From the NCBI GenBank assembly GCA_028534125.1, contig CM052834.1:744001-808000 (forward strand): DNA of 64,000 nt, written 5' to 3'. Under the pieces are notes generated by a model. It made no database searches, was not told the DNA's origin, and worked only from the letters and a program-made list of their open reading frames with translations. Origin of the DNA: Lama glama. Its lineage: Eukaryota. How positions within the stretch are numbered: the first letter of the stretch is position 1; every line of letters starts with the position of its first letter. The translations under genes and the position numbers were made by a program. Below are positions 12,990 to 24,717 of the stretch, in pieces.

Positions 12990-14700
12990 ACGAAGGGGCG
13001 AGGCCGGCGGCAGGCTCTGGACGGGCACGGCGTTCGGGGCAGCCAGCTGGGGCCTCTGGGCTCAGCCACCACCCTACACGTGTCAGCCCCTCCCCCGGGG
13101 CCACAAACGACAGATATGACAGAAATAGCAAACCCATTGTGCGGAGCCCTGGGGCAGTGACAGCATATCCTCCAGGACCCGGCGGGTGAGCTGCCCCAGG
13201 CCTGGGGAGGGTGGGGCCACGGGCCCTCACGCAGGCCCGCACGGCCGTGCCACGCCCGCCCTTACCGGGAGCCGGCGCTGGGAGAGCTGGGCCGACAGCC
13301 CCCGCCCCCTCTCCCCTCGCGGCCTTTGACTTAAGTCTTAAAAGCGGCAGGGTTTTTCTTCCTCTCTTTCCATCAGCAGGTGGGAGAAGACACCGTGTAA
13401 CCTGCAGCGCCGACACGAGGACCAAACAAAATAATGACGCGAGAAACGCCAAGTCGACGTAAGACACCTGGCACCACAGAGACACACGTCCCAGAAGAGG
13501 ACGCCCCACGCTTCCACTGCCAGGAAGGCAACCGACCGAACAAACCAAGCACGAGAGCCGCAGGGACAGCCTCCGAGCTTCCTTCACGCCAAGATCCCAG
13601 TAGGTCCCGATACAGGAGGCGACACCTCACGCACGACGCTCCAGGCGGCAGCTCTGGGGCCTCAGGAGGAGATTAAGTTACACTCCCCGGGCCCCGCTGA
13701 GGAAGGCAGCCACGCGCCTCTTCCAGGCAAGTCTGCCCCGGCCCAGAGGCTCCCAAAGGCGACCCCAGCCCCACTGCGCGCCGGGCACGGGGCCGCAGCC
13801 ACATCCGTGAGCTCAGAGGGAGTCTGCTCACAGCGACTGGCTGGCACCCCTCCACTCAGCACTGACGGACGAAGGAAGCAGTGGACGGGCGAAGCCTCGG
13901 GGGAACTACAAACAGCTGGAAACAGAAGAGGGGCCCAGACACGCCAGTGGCTGACTTAACGCCCTCGTGACAGGTGACAGGCGGGAAAAGGAAAAGCAGC
14001 AGCGCGTGCCCGGAGGGGGGCGCAGAGCCGGGACCGCGGCTGAGTGACCAGGCATCTGGGGTCTGCCGGAGTCGTCCGCTGGGCGGCCTACGGGGAAGAC
14101 ACTTCCAGAGATAACACCACACGAGGCGTCGAGCGTCTCGAGCACTTGGAAGAAGTCTGTTCTGTGCTGGTTTCCCAACAAGTGGCCAGGACCCCATCAC
14201 CCCTGTCGCTCTGACCCACCAGGTCGGGGGGAAAAGTCAGAGCAGCGCGGGCCTGACTCCGGAGAGAGGCACACGCAGCTGCGGGCTGCACGAGGCCCGC
14301 GGCTGCGCACATGGGCTGAAATAAGCCAACACGCCAGGGCATCCCAGCCGGTTCCAGTGAGGCGGCCCCCACCAACCAACCAGCAGTGCCTGGCTGCGGT
14401 CTGGCCCGCAGGTGCGCGAGAGCGGAGGCGGTGGGAGGGGAGCGGCCAAAGGAGAGCAAACGCATCCTCTAAACCGGACGGCAAAGCCTGGGAAGGCAAG
14501 AGGGCAGCCACAGACACCTGCTGCAGCGGCACGTGACGGTGGCACCGGGGCCAGGCCGTGTGGGGTTAGGCCCCGCGGGCTAGGGCTCGAGGCCACCTGT
14601 GCAAACCCGAAGTCAGCAAAGGCACCAGCTCCCGCCGGTCTGACAGCCACTCGAGATCTGTGCATGAAGGGGCAGGACCTCGCGTGCACCGACTTGAGGT
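12990..14700. promoter_or_regulatory. CpG-island-like region with GC box and TATA-like element
   Basis: Dense CpG by eye, GC box cccccgccccc at 13299-13309, cttaaaag at 13337-13344, and no recognisable repeats. Background CpG is high across the window, so island status is uncertain. Confidence 0.4.
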
Positions 14701-15439
14701 CCTAAGGAAATCAGATCTAAAAGGGTTTTTAGAGATCAGATCACTTAAGGCCTCATTTGAACAGACAATAAAGTGAAAGGGCAGAGAGAAATGACGTCGT
14801 ATGTGGAGCCCGGGGTGTGTTACTGAGCCTCCCAGTGACTCCGGGGGTGGGCAGATGGCACAGACCCCTTCCCAGAGCCTCGCAGCCAACACGTGGGTGG
14901 GGAACCAGGACTGCTGACCAGTGCCCGGGCCCCGGCCCCCACCGTCCAGGCACAGGCCTGGGGCGGCACAGCCAGGCTCGTGGGGTCCTTGACGGAGCCC
15001 TGTGCCCACCCTCCTTTGCACCCCCTCCTGCTGACGTGTCATCAAAGTCCCAAGTAGGTCCGGAAACAACGTGAATTAAACTGCTGAACGTTTACTACGA
15101 TCTGTGCTTTCAAGGACATCTCAGACATGGATCAGACCCACCCCATCTCACTGCATTTCTACAACCACCCAGTTTCCTCTGTTGCCCCAGAATTTCCCTG
15201 TCTGACGACAGGTGGAAGCAAGGGCCCCGGCTGGGTCCCGCCCTGTCCCGTTAGAGGCTTCACGAGTGGCTCCTGGGTTGCACTTTCAAAGAGTGAGGGT
15301 TGGTTCAGAAAACCTTTCCCAGAGCCATCTTGTGTTTGTCGTTTCCTTTCGGGTTAGTAAAGGCAATGCTTGGCCCACTGGCGTCAGTCTGAGGAGCCAG
15401 GAGCTCTTACCTCTGCTACTGAGAACCTAGATTTGGACA

Positions 15440-15950
15440 AGTTTTCGTGAAAGTCTCTTGGCAACGTATAAAGAAGCGTCACCTTTACCCATGAATCCCA
15501 CCTGGAATTCATCACGGGGAGAAGCATGTGGGGACACAGACGAGCACAGAACGATGCTCTGTGTTGCACACGCCCTGTACTGAGACACGCACGACGAAGG
15601 CGTGCCGGGACGGTGGTGAGGTCAGCGTCGGTGATCCCCAGATGAGGAACTGACTGCGCACATCACGGAACCTCCATGTAACTCATGCTGCGGGCTCATG
15701 CTCAAGGCCACAGGACGGCCACGGTGTGCGACTCGGGGAGAACCAGGGGACGCAGTGCTGTGGGGAGCAGGGTCCTTCCTGTAAAATCATGTTTCTGCAC
15801 TTGCATGGTTGACGCTGGAAGGACAACACATAAGAGACCCTGGGGTCCCAGGTCTGGGATTCGGAAGGAATTTTTTCTACTTTTTAAATCAGTCCTTTAA
15901 TTTTTCTATTATTATGATGCATAACTTTCGTAATTATAATTTAAAAGTTA
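15440..15950 (+). mobile_element. Possible very old L1ME-type 3' fragment
   Basis: cctttacccatgaatcccacctggaatt resembles L1 ORF2-end ccctttgacccagcaatcccact, and the block ends in a T-rich then A-rich stretch. Weak. Confidence 0.3.
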
Positions 15951-18900
15951 CTCCTGAAGTCAAAACAAAGGCTATTACTGAAACCTGGAAAACAGAGGAC
16001 AGCATTCTCCCTATAAAACACGTTGTAACTCACCGCGAGACGAGTTAAACCAAGCTGGGGGGTCGGGTGAGAGCTCGTCTGGGGGTGCTGGGGGAAGGGG
16101 TGGACTCGGTGGAGGAAGGCAGGTGGAGGAGGAGCCCTCTCATTTCTGTGGCCCTGGACGCCCCCTTCCACCTCCAGGGCCCCCTTGGCGTCCAGCCTCC
16201 TGCCCCCCGACACCACACCACTCACTGCCCTCCAGCCCCTCCACCCGCTCCGGCCGCTCTGCCCCAGAGTCACTCCGGCTCCCCTTCCTCGTCCCTCCGG
16301 CCTCACCCAGCTTCCGGGGACTCACAGCCGTTTGTGGTCACAGCAGACTGGCTGGAGGGCAGCCGTGGCCCTCGTGGGGTGGGGGCGTCTCTGGTTTGAA
16401 GGAACTTGGGCTCCAGGACTTCCGGAGCAACACAGGGGGTCCTGCTGATGGCTCAGGCCCCCCGGCCTTGAACAGACGCCCCGCTCCCCCTTGACACCCG
16501 TTGCAGGCAGCCCCTCGCCCCCCATCCTGCAGCCGCATCTGCTCCCGACCCTGTGGCGATGCCCACTTCGCTCAGGTTCTCTGACCTACTGACTCAGAGG
16601 GGTCACTGCTGGTTAACGAGCCCCTTGACAGACACGGACAAGGCTGCAGCAGAAAAAACAACAGAGCTGCTGCTCTCCCACCTGACCTGTGGCCGAGCCT
16701 GGTCCGGCCTGGTGAGCGCCTGGGGAAGGTCAGCCTGTCCGCAGAGGCTGCAGCGGGTGGCGGGCGGGGAGGGGCGGGGGGAGGACCAGGCCGTGCCCAG
16801 AGGGGAGTCCAGTCTGAGAGCTGGCCTGCATCCTGGGGGAGTGAAGAAGCAGGAGAGTTTGGGAAAGATGGACGGGGCGGCAGCCAGTGGGGCGGGGCAG
16901 AGGCTGAGTCCGAGCTCCGGAGCAGATGGGTGAGAGGAGGGCGCAGCCACGCGGCTTTCAGAGGGGCCAGAGGGCCCCACCGGCCTCCGCAGCGTCTTCT
17001 GTGGGCGCACCGCATGTGGCGCTGCCCGGGAAGAGCCCGTGGCGCCGCAGAGCCCTGCGCGAGTGCTGGCCGTGACGATTAAAGGCCCAGAGCGTTTGTC
17101 GCAGCTCAGCTCTGCTCAGGTGGACGCCGCGCTCCAGACGTTTCACCAAACACCGAGCAGGACGTTGTTGTTTGGGGAAAAGATTCAGGCGCTTTCACAG
17201 AACACTGGGAAATCCAAACAGCGCACAACTGTCCCAGCGTCCGGGAGAAGCACCCTCGCTTGGTGGGGCCGGGGCCTCCCATCCCTGGGACCCTCGGGCC
17301 CACACCCAGGGGGCCCGTGGGCACTTGGCGCCAGGAGGGCTGGGTCTGGGAAAGCGGGAAGGAAGGGTGCTCCCGTGGCCGGACCCAAGGGCTTCCTCTG
17401 GGCTTGTTCACCCCGGGACGTGCCCCACGAGCAGACCTTGCCGGAGACCGGTCTAGCACCACGGCTCCGACGGCAGGTATCGCGACCTCAGCTGTGGAAG
17501 GGACCTCGCGGCGGGACCGCCTTCCCCCGTGCCCTCCACCCGTGTCCAGCAAAGGGCCCTCAGTGTGCCGTGTGTACTGGGAGCTCGCGTCATCAGACGG
17601 ATAGACAGGTGGATGGACGGACAGATGGCTGGTGGAGGATAAGTGAATTCCACAGCATTTCTGGTCTGATCGAGAACAGACCACGCTTTCTGTCTTTCAG
17701 AGGAAATTTTCTTTCCAGTTTTTTCCTCTTAACGGAGAAAAATCTCCCTGGAACCTCCACCTGCCCTCCGCCCGCTCCTTCCTCCCCCAACGTCTGCCTG
17801 TGGCGGGGGAGGCCGTGCTGTTAGCTCTGAGGCTGATGTGGCCAGGACCACGCACGATGGGAGGGAGGGGCCCAGGGGCCAGCCCGACTCCCCCGGGTGT
17901 GGGATGAGCGCCTTCGGAGGGCAGTGGGTTTCCAGCTAAACATGATGCTTTCTCTCCTGTTTTTCACTCAGCACAAGAGCACCCCTTAAGCCCCACCTCC
18001 TGGTGACCAGGCCACTCCTGCCTGTCTGTATCACACATCTCCGGGCAGCCAGGCCCTCCGACTCACAAGGGGTTGAAATCCCAGAGTCACAATATCACAG
18101 AGCTGCTAAAATAGGAATCACGTATCTGGGCCCCAGAACACGACAGGGACGAACACGGCTCCTTGAAACACTCCTGCCCCGTCTGCAATGCAAAAATCAA
18201 ATGGGCGCAGCCGTGCACGTTCAGACGGCCTACGGTTTACAAAGGGCGCCCTGCGTCGCCTGGAAATCCGCAGTCCGTGCGGACCAACACCACAGACAGA
18301 AAGACAGGTGGGCGGGGCCGGGGTGACGACGCCCGACACGTCTGGTTGTTTTGCTAGGAAATTCTAGACCTTTAAATTGGCACGGGGGGCTTTTCACAGC
18401 AGCGGCGGGGAAATGGAATTTCTCCCTCCCAGCTTCGACAGCTCTTTCCACTGCTCGCACACTCTTTGCACATGAATGGCCCCGGGACCAGACCAGCCTT
18501 GATTTCGTGTCAGCTGTGCTTTCTGGGGAACGGCACCTGCAGCACCGCCATGCGCTCTTCTGGGGTTGAAAGTGCTACAGCTCACTTCACTCTGGATCCG
18601 CGCTCTAGGGCTGATGGCGGTTTTCACCTGTGCGGCCTCCTTCGACCCCACGATGCCCTGGCAGGAGGGTGAGCAGGTGTCCCCACTCTGGGCTGCAGGT
18701 GAGACCCTGGTGCCAGAGGACGCGCCCAGAGGGAGGTGGCCCCGCGCCCGTGACGCAGCCGGTCTCTGACCCGGGACCCCCGTCCTGCGTGCCGTGCGCA
18801 CGGACACACATCTCGGGGACGGAAGGACCGCGGGGCCTGCTCTCAGGGGACGCGGGGGAGCCAGCGTGGGGTGTGGTGCTGTGGGACAGGCTGCCCACAC

Positions 18901-20654
18901 GGAGAAAGGCTCAGCGCAGAGTGGGTGACCCACAGGGAGCCGCCCTGGAGCCTGGCTCCAGGGAAGGAGGTGGCTCCCGACAGGACGCACTGCAGCTGCT
19001 TGTTCTACAGGTGTTTTTAATTCCCAGCGACTTCCGGCGGGCGGGAGGCTCCGGGCCTGTGGGCGCAGGGCCCCAGGTCACAGGACGTACATCACGTACA
19101 TCGGAAACCAGCCCGAAACCCTGGGGCCCAGACCAGGCTGCTGGCTGGGTGGGGTGAGGATGGTGGTCACGGCCGCATGCCGGCTCACGGGGCCTGAAAC
19201 ACCGGGACCGCCCACTCCAGGTCATGCCGCGTGGCCACCGCCAGCTCGGAAGTGTGTGTCGGAGTCCCCACGGCAGGCTGTGGGGGCCTTGTGTGGGGGA
19301 CCAGGCGCAGCTCAGAGAGAGCAGTGGCCCAGGGCACCGGCTCCTGGAGGCCAAGTGAGTCTGTGTGCAAAGAGCTGTGACCCGATCTTTCTGCTGATGG
19401 CAACGGGCACCCAGGGTCAGGGGACACTGAGACTTCGGCCCAAAGCCACGAATCCCTAACTTCTCAGTCTAAGCGCGGTCTCAGGGCCCTGTTCTGTGGA
19501 AGCAGCAAAGGCCTGCTTGTCTTACAGAGAGTCAGTCACTCGTTCACTTGCTCATCAGCCGTGTCCACATGCAGAGTAACGCCCAGCACCAGCTTGTTGC
19601 TTGGTAAGTAGGTTTCCTCCCCTCTCACGCCCTTGCCGGGCCTCACCCGGATGGTGGGTGGACGGCGCGGCCACCTGCAGCTCCGGGGGGTGCGGGGAGC
19701 ACGATGGGGCGGTGGCACCGAGGCGGCCAGAGCTGGGCCAGGGAGCCGGTGGGCGAATCGGGCTGTGTCGGGGGCTGGTTCCACGTAATGATTTACAGCA
19801 TGGCTGAGGGCTCGTTTCTGGGCTTAGGTAGACAGAGTCACCCAACTCCAAGACTGGGGAGCACTTGCTCTAAACACCTGCAGGATTTTGGTGACCATAA
19901 GCCTTTTTCAGGCAAGAACATGACAGGACGGTCGAAACGTGACCCTGGGCTACGTCGTCGGACACAGAACAGAGCGGACAGTAAGATCCCGGTGCCCTGT
20001 CTGACCAGACCAGACCTCTGGGCATCGCTCGGAAGCAGCACCGCAAGCCCAGGAGGACACCCAGGACGGGACGGTCCCGTCACACGCAGAGCGGCTGAGG
20101 GGAGCGAGGCGGCTCGGAGGAGGTTCAGGCAGGAACAGAAACATCACTTCCAAAATCTCAGAGCGATGGCAAGAGGAGCAGGCCCTTTATTCTGTGTGGC
20201 AGGAGAGGCCGGAATGGGGTCAGAGCACAGGGCACAGGGGTTCTCCCCTTACTATCAGGAGGAATTTCCCACAATTAGAGTTGGACGAAGGAGAGCTGGT
20301 GGGCAGCCCGCCCCGCACCCCTGCCCCGCCCCCACGTGGAAGGCGAAGTCCCTTTCCTCCTGCAGCAGTGGGCAGCCAGGTGACCTCCAGAGCCCCTTCC
20401 AACGGTCCCAGTGACAACCAAAGCAGACACCACGTGCTCCCCGCCAGGCGTCCCGCCTCTGAAGACGTAGCCGGGCGGGAGGGGCTGGCCAGCCCCCAGC
20501 CGTGGCTCCCTGGTGCTTCCCACACGCGCCAGACACACGTCGGCCTGGGTGGAGCCACCCGGACGCCTGCGTCACGTCGTGGGTGAGGACCAGCTGAGGA
20601 CTCGCAGGGCTCACACGATCCCAAAGAGCCCTCGCAGCCTGGGCATCCTGCTTT

Positions 20655-20790
20655 TCAGTCGGGGGTAAAACACTCACAGACGTAAAGGTTACCATTTTAA
20701 CCATTTTTAAGTGAAGAGTCAGCAGCCTTAAGTGCATTCACGTTGTCACGTAACCGTCACCACGATTCGTCCCCAGAACGTTCATCCTAC
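20655..20790 (-). mobile_element. L1MA/L1MB 3' end fragment
   Basis: aaaggttaccattttaaccatttttaagtgaagagtcagcagccttaagtgcattcacgttgtcacgtaaccgtcaccacgatt...ccagaacg is a typical antisense L1M 3' terminus. Confidence 0.85.
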
Positions 20791-22640
20791 TTTTCGGTGT
20801 CATCACGAAGCTGAAAAATTCTTCCCCAAAGCTGATCCTAGTTTGATCAGCCACGGACTAGATGACGCGGCTTCCCCTGCCGGCCCGCCGTGGACGTGGC
20901 TGCCCCCCCACCCCGGCGGGCGCACCCTTGAGCTCCTCATGGAGCCAGCGTCTGACGCTGACACAGCAGGTGGGAGGTCACGCCTGTCGTGGGCTCCGGG
21001 TCGGGGGTTCCAGGTGGACACAGGACGCCCGGCTCTGCTGCCCATGCGCAGCTGGCTTCTGTTTGCTGGGGCAGAGGCGACGTTGTGTGAGGCCTCTTCT
21101 CCCTCCGGGGCTGACCACCACCCCTGGGGAAACGGGGCAGCCTGGGTCCGGTTCCACCTTTTCCTGAAGGGAACAGAGGACAGTAATCTTCAAGCGTTCA
21201 AGGGCGCAATCCGCTGGCTCAGTGCAGACAGTTCACTGCAGGCTTGCAGGCCTTGGAGAATCGAGGGTGGCTTTAATTAATTCCAGTAACACGCCTTGCA
21301 ATGTTTACATTCCAAATTACCTTCAGGTCAGAAGTACGTGGCCCAGAACCACAGTTTGGGGGCAATAAAATTCCACTGCCGTGCCTCCAGCATCTGGAAG
21401 CCATTTGCTGAGAGATAGAGTCTGCTGTTTGGGAAGGTTCGCTGTGCTCTGGGAGACAGATGAGGTGGCACTGGCTTCCCCCCAAGCTGCTGGCCTAAGA
21501 GAAGGCCCGGGCGGGCTCCGGAGCCGGGTGACGTCCTGTGCGCTCCGAGCGGAGGGGGAGCGGCACCCCCTGCAGACAGGAAGCCTGGGACGGGAGCCGG
21601 GGAGCTGGGGGAGGGGGCGGATGCGGCCCCACAACCAGGATCAGGTTTCTAGAAATTATTCCACGCCGTTGCAGACGCCGGCCTGACTTTGCCAAAACCG
21701 GGGTCCTCCTCCTCCTGCTCGTGTCCTCCTCCCACTGCACCCCTTCTAGGGCTCCCAGAAAACCCCTCTGCGTGAAGGAGGGCATCTGGGGGCCACGGCT
21801 GGCTCTCCTGACGCTGTCCCTGACGGAGGACACCTCGAGCTGGTGGCAGGACGTATGCAGAATGCACAGCCCCTCGTGCACGAGGGCCGGAACCCAGGGA
21901 CAGAAAGGGCCGGGGGTAGCAGGCCCTGCCTGCGGAGCTTTCCTTGGCCATCTGGCCTGCGGGCAGGGCTGCCCACTTCCGGTCACTGTCTCCCTCCTCA
22001 GACCTAAGACGGGAGGGCGGGGTTAGGAAAACTGCTTTCTGTTTGCTCCTTTGGAAGTCAAATTTCCCAAGGAGTCAGTCATGCTGTGGGGCTTTCTGTG
22101 TTTCTCTAAACAAATCAACACTCACATAAGCCCTGTCATCTGTCAGTGTCACTCCACCCCCGCCCGTCCAAAACCGAGCCGGCTTTGTTGGAGACACTTC
22201 TGGAATTCTAGTCTCGTCTCTCTGGCCCGGAGGGAAGGGGCCGGTGCGGCCACGCTCCCGGCTGTGGGGACAGGAGGGAGGGGAAGTGGGCCCTGTGGTC
22301 CTGCGGACCTGCACCTGGACGTGGCCGCCCCGTGGCTCTGGGACCCAGCAGTGAGATGTGCAGGTGTCCCCTCCTCCCCGGACTGTGAGTCGCCAGAAGG
22401 CAGGGGCACATCTGTGCAGGTCACCAGGTGGGGTGCTCACAACGCCACCGGCACAGTGGGCCTAGAAGGGCTTTCAGACCAGCAAGGGGACATCGCCGGT
22501 CACACGCGCCCCACGCAGCCCCGCTCACCCACACGGGCGGTTGTGACCCGAGTTCCTCTCTTCCCTGCCCAGCGTGGGCGTTGGGACGGTTCCTGTAATT
22601 AAGCAGTTTTGGTTCATTACTGCGTGCGTCAGCATCTCAC

Positions 22641-22735
22641 CAGTGGCGTCCGAGATGACTGCATCGGAACCACACGGCGGGGAGGGGGCGTGCTGGTTAA
22701 AGATGCAGATTCCTGGCCTCCACCCCGGGCTGTCC
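22641..22735. mobile_element. MER5-family hAT fossil fragment
   Basis: tgctggttaaagatgcagattcctggcctccacccc matches the MER5 core cttgttaaaaatgcagattcctgggccccacccc. Confidence 0.65.
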
Positions 22736-23618
22736 TCCCTGGGGACTCCAGGGGTCTCCCCTCCACACAAGCTCCCCTACCCCCGGCATTGCCTCTGGGC
22801 TCTGGGGGCCTCTCTTCCTGTCCCGGCTTTTCAGGGTCTGCGACCATGGGCGCTTGTGCTGGTCTTTGGAGAGGACGGACGGGCAGCTAGTTACATGCGT
22901 GGGTTTAAGCCACAGGGACGGGCACCTCCAGCCTGTGGAGAATCTGTGCCGGGGGATCCCAGGGTCAGCCACGCAGAGAGGACCGCTGTCCAGAGCCTGT
23001 TCCCAGGAGGGTCCTCGTGCGTCCAGACTGACGGCTCCATGGGTGTGAGAACGTGCCCGGCCTGGCTGTGCCGCGCAGGAACACCTGAGAGCCCCAGCTC
23101 CAGGCCCTGCACCGCCGCCCCGTGAGCTAACTGTGAGGAGACTCCAGGGGCCCCAAGGTGGTCCTGAGCGGCCAGGGACGGGCTGACGCCCAGGCCGACC
23201 AGTGTCGCCCAAAACCACATGCAGCAGCTGCCATCAGCTCCTCAGAGCCACAGTCAGCCAGGCAAGAACGTGACATCGTGTTCAGGGTTAAAACTCTCCA
23301 AGTTGAAAGCCCCTGGACGCCTTCCCACCACACGTGGTCCTCTCCTAGACCCCATTGTTGACGCCTGCGAGCTACTCACCGTAGCTCAGTGTTTGGAGGC
23401 GAAGGGCATCTGTGCCTTGCAGAGAGGGCTCGTTCCCAGGTCCGGACACGCCTAGGGGCCTGTGACAATCTGCCTCCCCACCGTTCCGGGGGTGGACGCG
23501 CACTCACTCTTCCAGCTTCGTGGCCCTGCTCGGGGCAGGGGCAGTGACAGCTCAGGGACAGCCTGTCACCAGGTGATTTCATGTGATCAGAGAAGCCAGG
23601 CGCCTTCCCCCTGCACAG

Positions 23619-23653
23619 AGACACACGTGCACACACACGCACGTGTGCACACG
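23619..23653. repeat. Alternating purine-pyrimidine (CA/CG/TG) tract with internal inverted repeat
   Basis: acacacgtgcacacacacgcacgtgtgcacacg, with arms cacacgtgc and gcacgtgtg. Confidence 0.85.
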
Positions 23654-24020
23654 ATCTGGACTGACGGTACCTAGCCAGAACGCGCCCTCTGACACGCCCC
23701 GTCCCAGAGTCAGGCCCTGCAGACACCCCGTCTGTCCTCGCCCGAACTCCCAGAGCTCTGACAGCACCAGTGACAGACGCCACCTCCTCCCCGCCCGCAC
23801 CCGGCAGGTGGGGGAGGCTGAGCCTCCTACCTGGGCCACGCCAGGGCTCCTCTGGGGAAGGACACCCCCCGCCAGGGAGGCAGCAGGGTCGGCGCAAGGA
23901 CGGCCCCCCAGCCCCAGCGGCCGTCCACACACTCGTGGGCCGCGGTGGGACCTGACAGAGGCTGGCCCTCTGCACAGCCGCACGCGGCCCGGCCACTCAG
24001 ACGCACCCACCGACGGCCTC

Positions 24021-24356
24021 TGTCACTGCCGAGCGGGTCCCCCAGACTCACAGGATGGAGTCCAAACCCCCTGCACCCCCGGGTCTGTGTTTCAGATGAG
24101 GCTTCACAGGGAAGCGAAGTTGAAATGAGGTCACTCGGGGAGCCTCACCCAGTCTGACGGGTGTCCCTACGAGACGAGGAAGTCTGGGCACAGGGAAGAC
24201 GGCGTCTAACACCGAGGAGAGGCCTCGAGAAGCCAACCCACTGACACCCTGACCTCGGGCTTCTGGCCTCCAGAGGGGAGGGGCATGTCTGTGTTGAAGA
24301 CGCAGGTTCTCAGTCTGTCGGACGCTGGTGGGTGGGAGCACGGCCCTCACACTGCA
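24021..24356 (+). mobile_element. MLT1B-like MaLR solo LTR
   Basis: Colinear with MLT1B: agtccaaacccc, aagttgaaatgaggtca, gtgtccctacgagacgaggaagtctgggcacag, gagaggcctcgagaagccaacccactgacaccctgacctcgggcttctggcctccaga. TG...CA ends with a degenerate 5-bp target-site duplication (TSD), gcctc/gcccc. Confidence 0.9.
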
Positions 24357-24707
24357 GCCCCCGCGGCCGGCCGTCGGGCCTGGGCGGGGTGGGCGGGGTC
24401 AGGGGAAGGAAGGGTCCCAGCCACGTCCCCGCACGTGGCCCCCCGGCTCCGGCGGGCACGGACACTTGCTTCTCGCTCTGTGACGTGGGTTCTGCATCCA
24501 CGAGGCTCCGGGTGACCCCTCCCTGTGGAGGGGCCACAGGTCCAGCCGGAGCGCTCGGCTGAAGGCCGCAAGCCGGCTCCCGGGCCTGAATCGGGATGCC
24601 GAGGGCAGGCGCAAAGCAGACCAAACACGTTCTCCTCACGAGGGAGTATTTACTGAGCGGTTTACACACTGAGCGGGTCTTATGTAAGAGTCAACATGTT
24701 CAAAGCA

Positions 24708-24717
24708 CTAAAAATAG
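24708..24717. promoter_or_regulatory. Consensus MEF2 site (CTAAAAATAG)
   Basis: Exact match to CTA(A/T)4TAG in an AT-rich patch. Motif match only. Confidence 0.35.

Noticed and set aside
12186-13160. Longest ORF (324 aa, +) and other 200-300 aa ORFs such as 44889-45776, 43634-44509, 36824-37693 and 49617-50450
   Set aside because: Gly/Pro/Arg/Ala-rich with no recognisable domain, often non-ATG starts, overlapping in several frames and crossing repeats (the 324-aa ORF begins inside MER20). Expected by chance at this GC content.
14712-14742. Stem-loop tctaaaa-gggt-ttttaga resembling an intrinsic terminator
   Set aside because: AT-rich 7-bp stem in eukaryotic DNA, at chance level.
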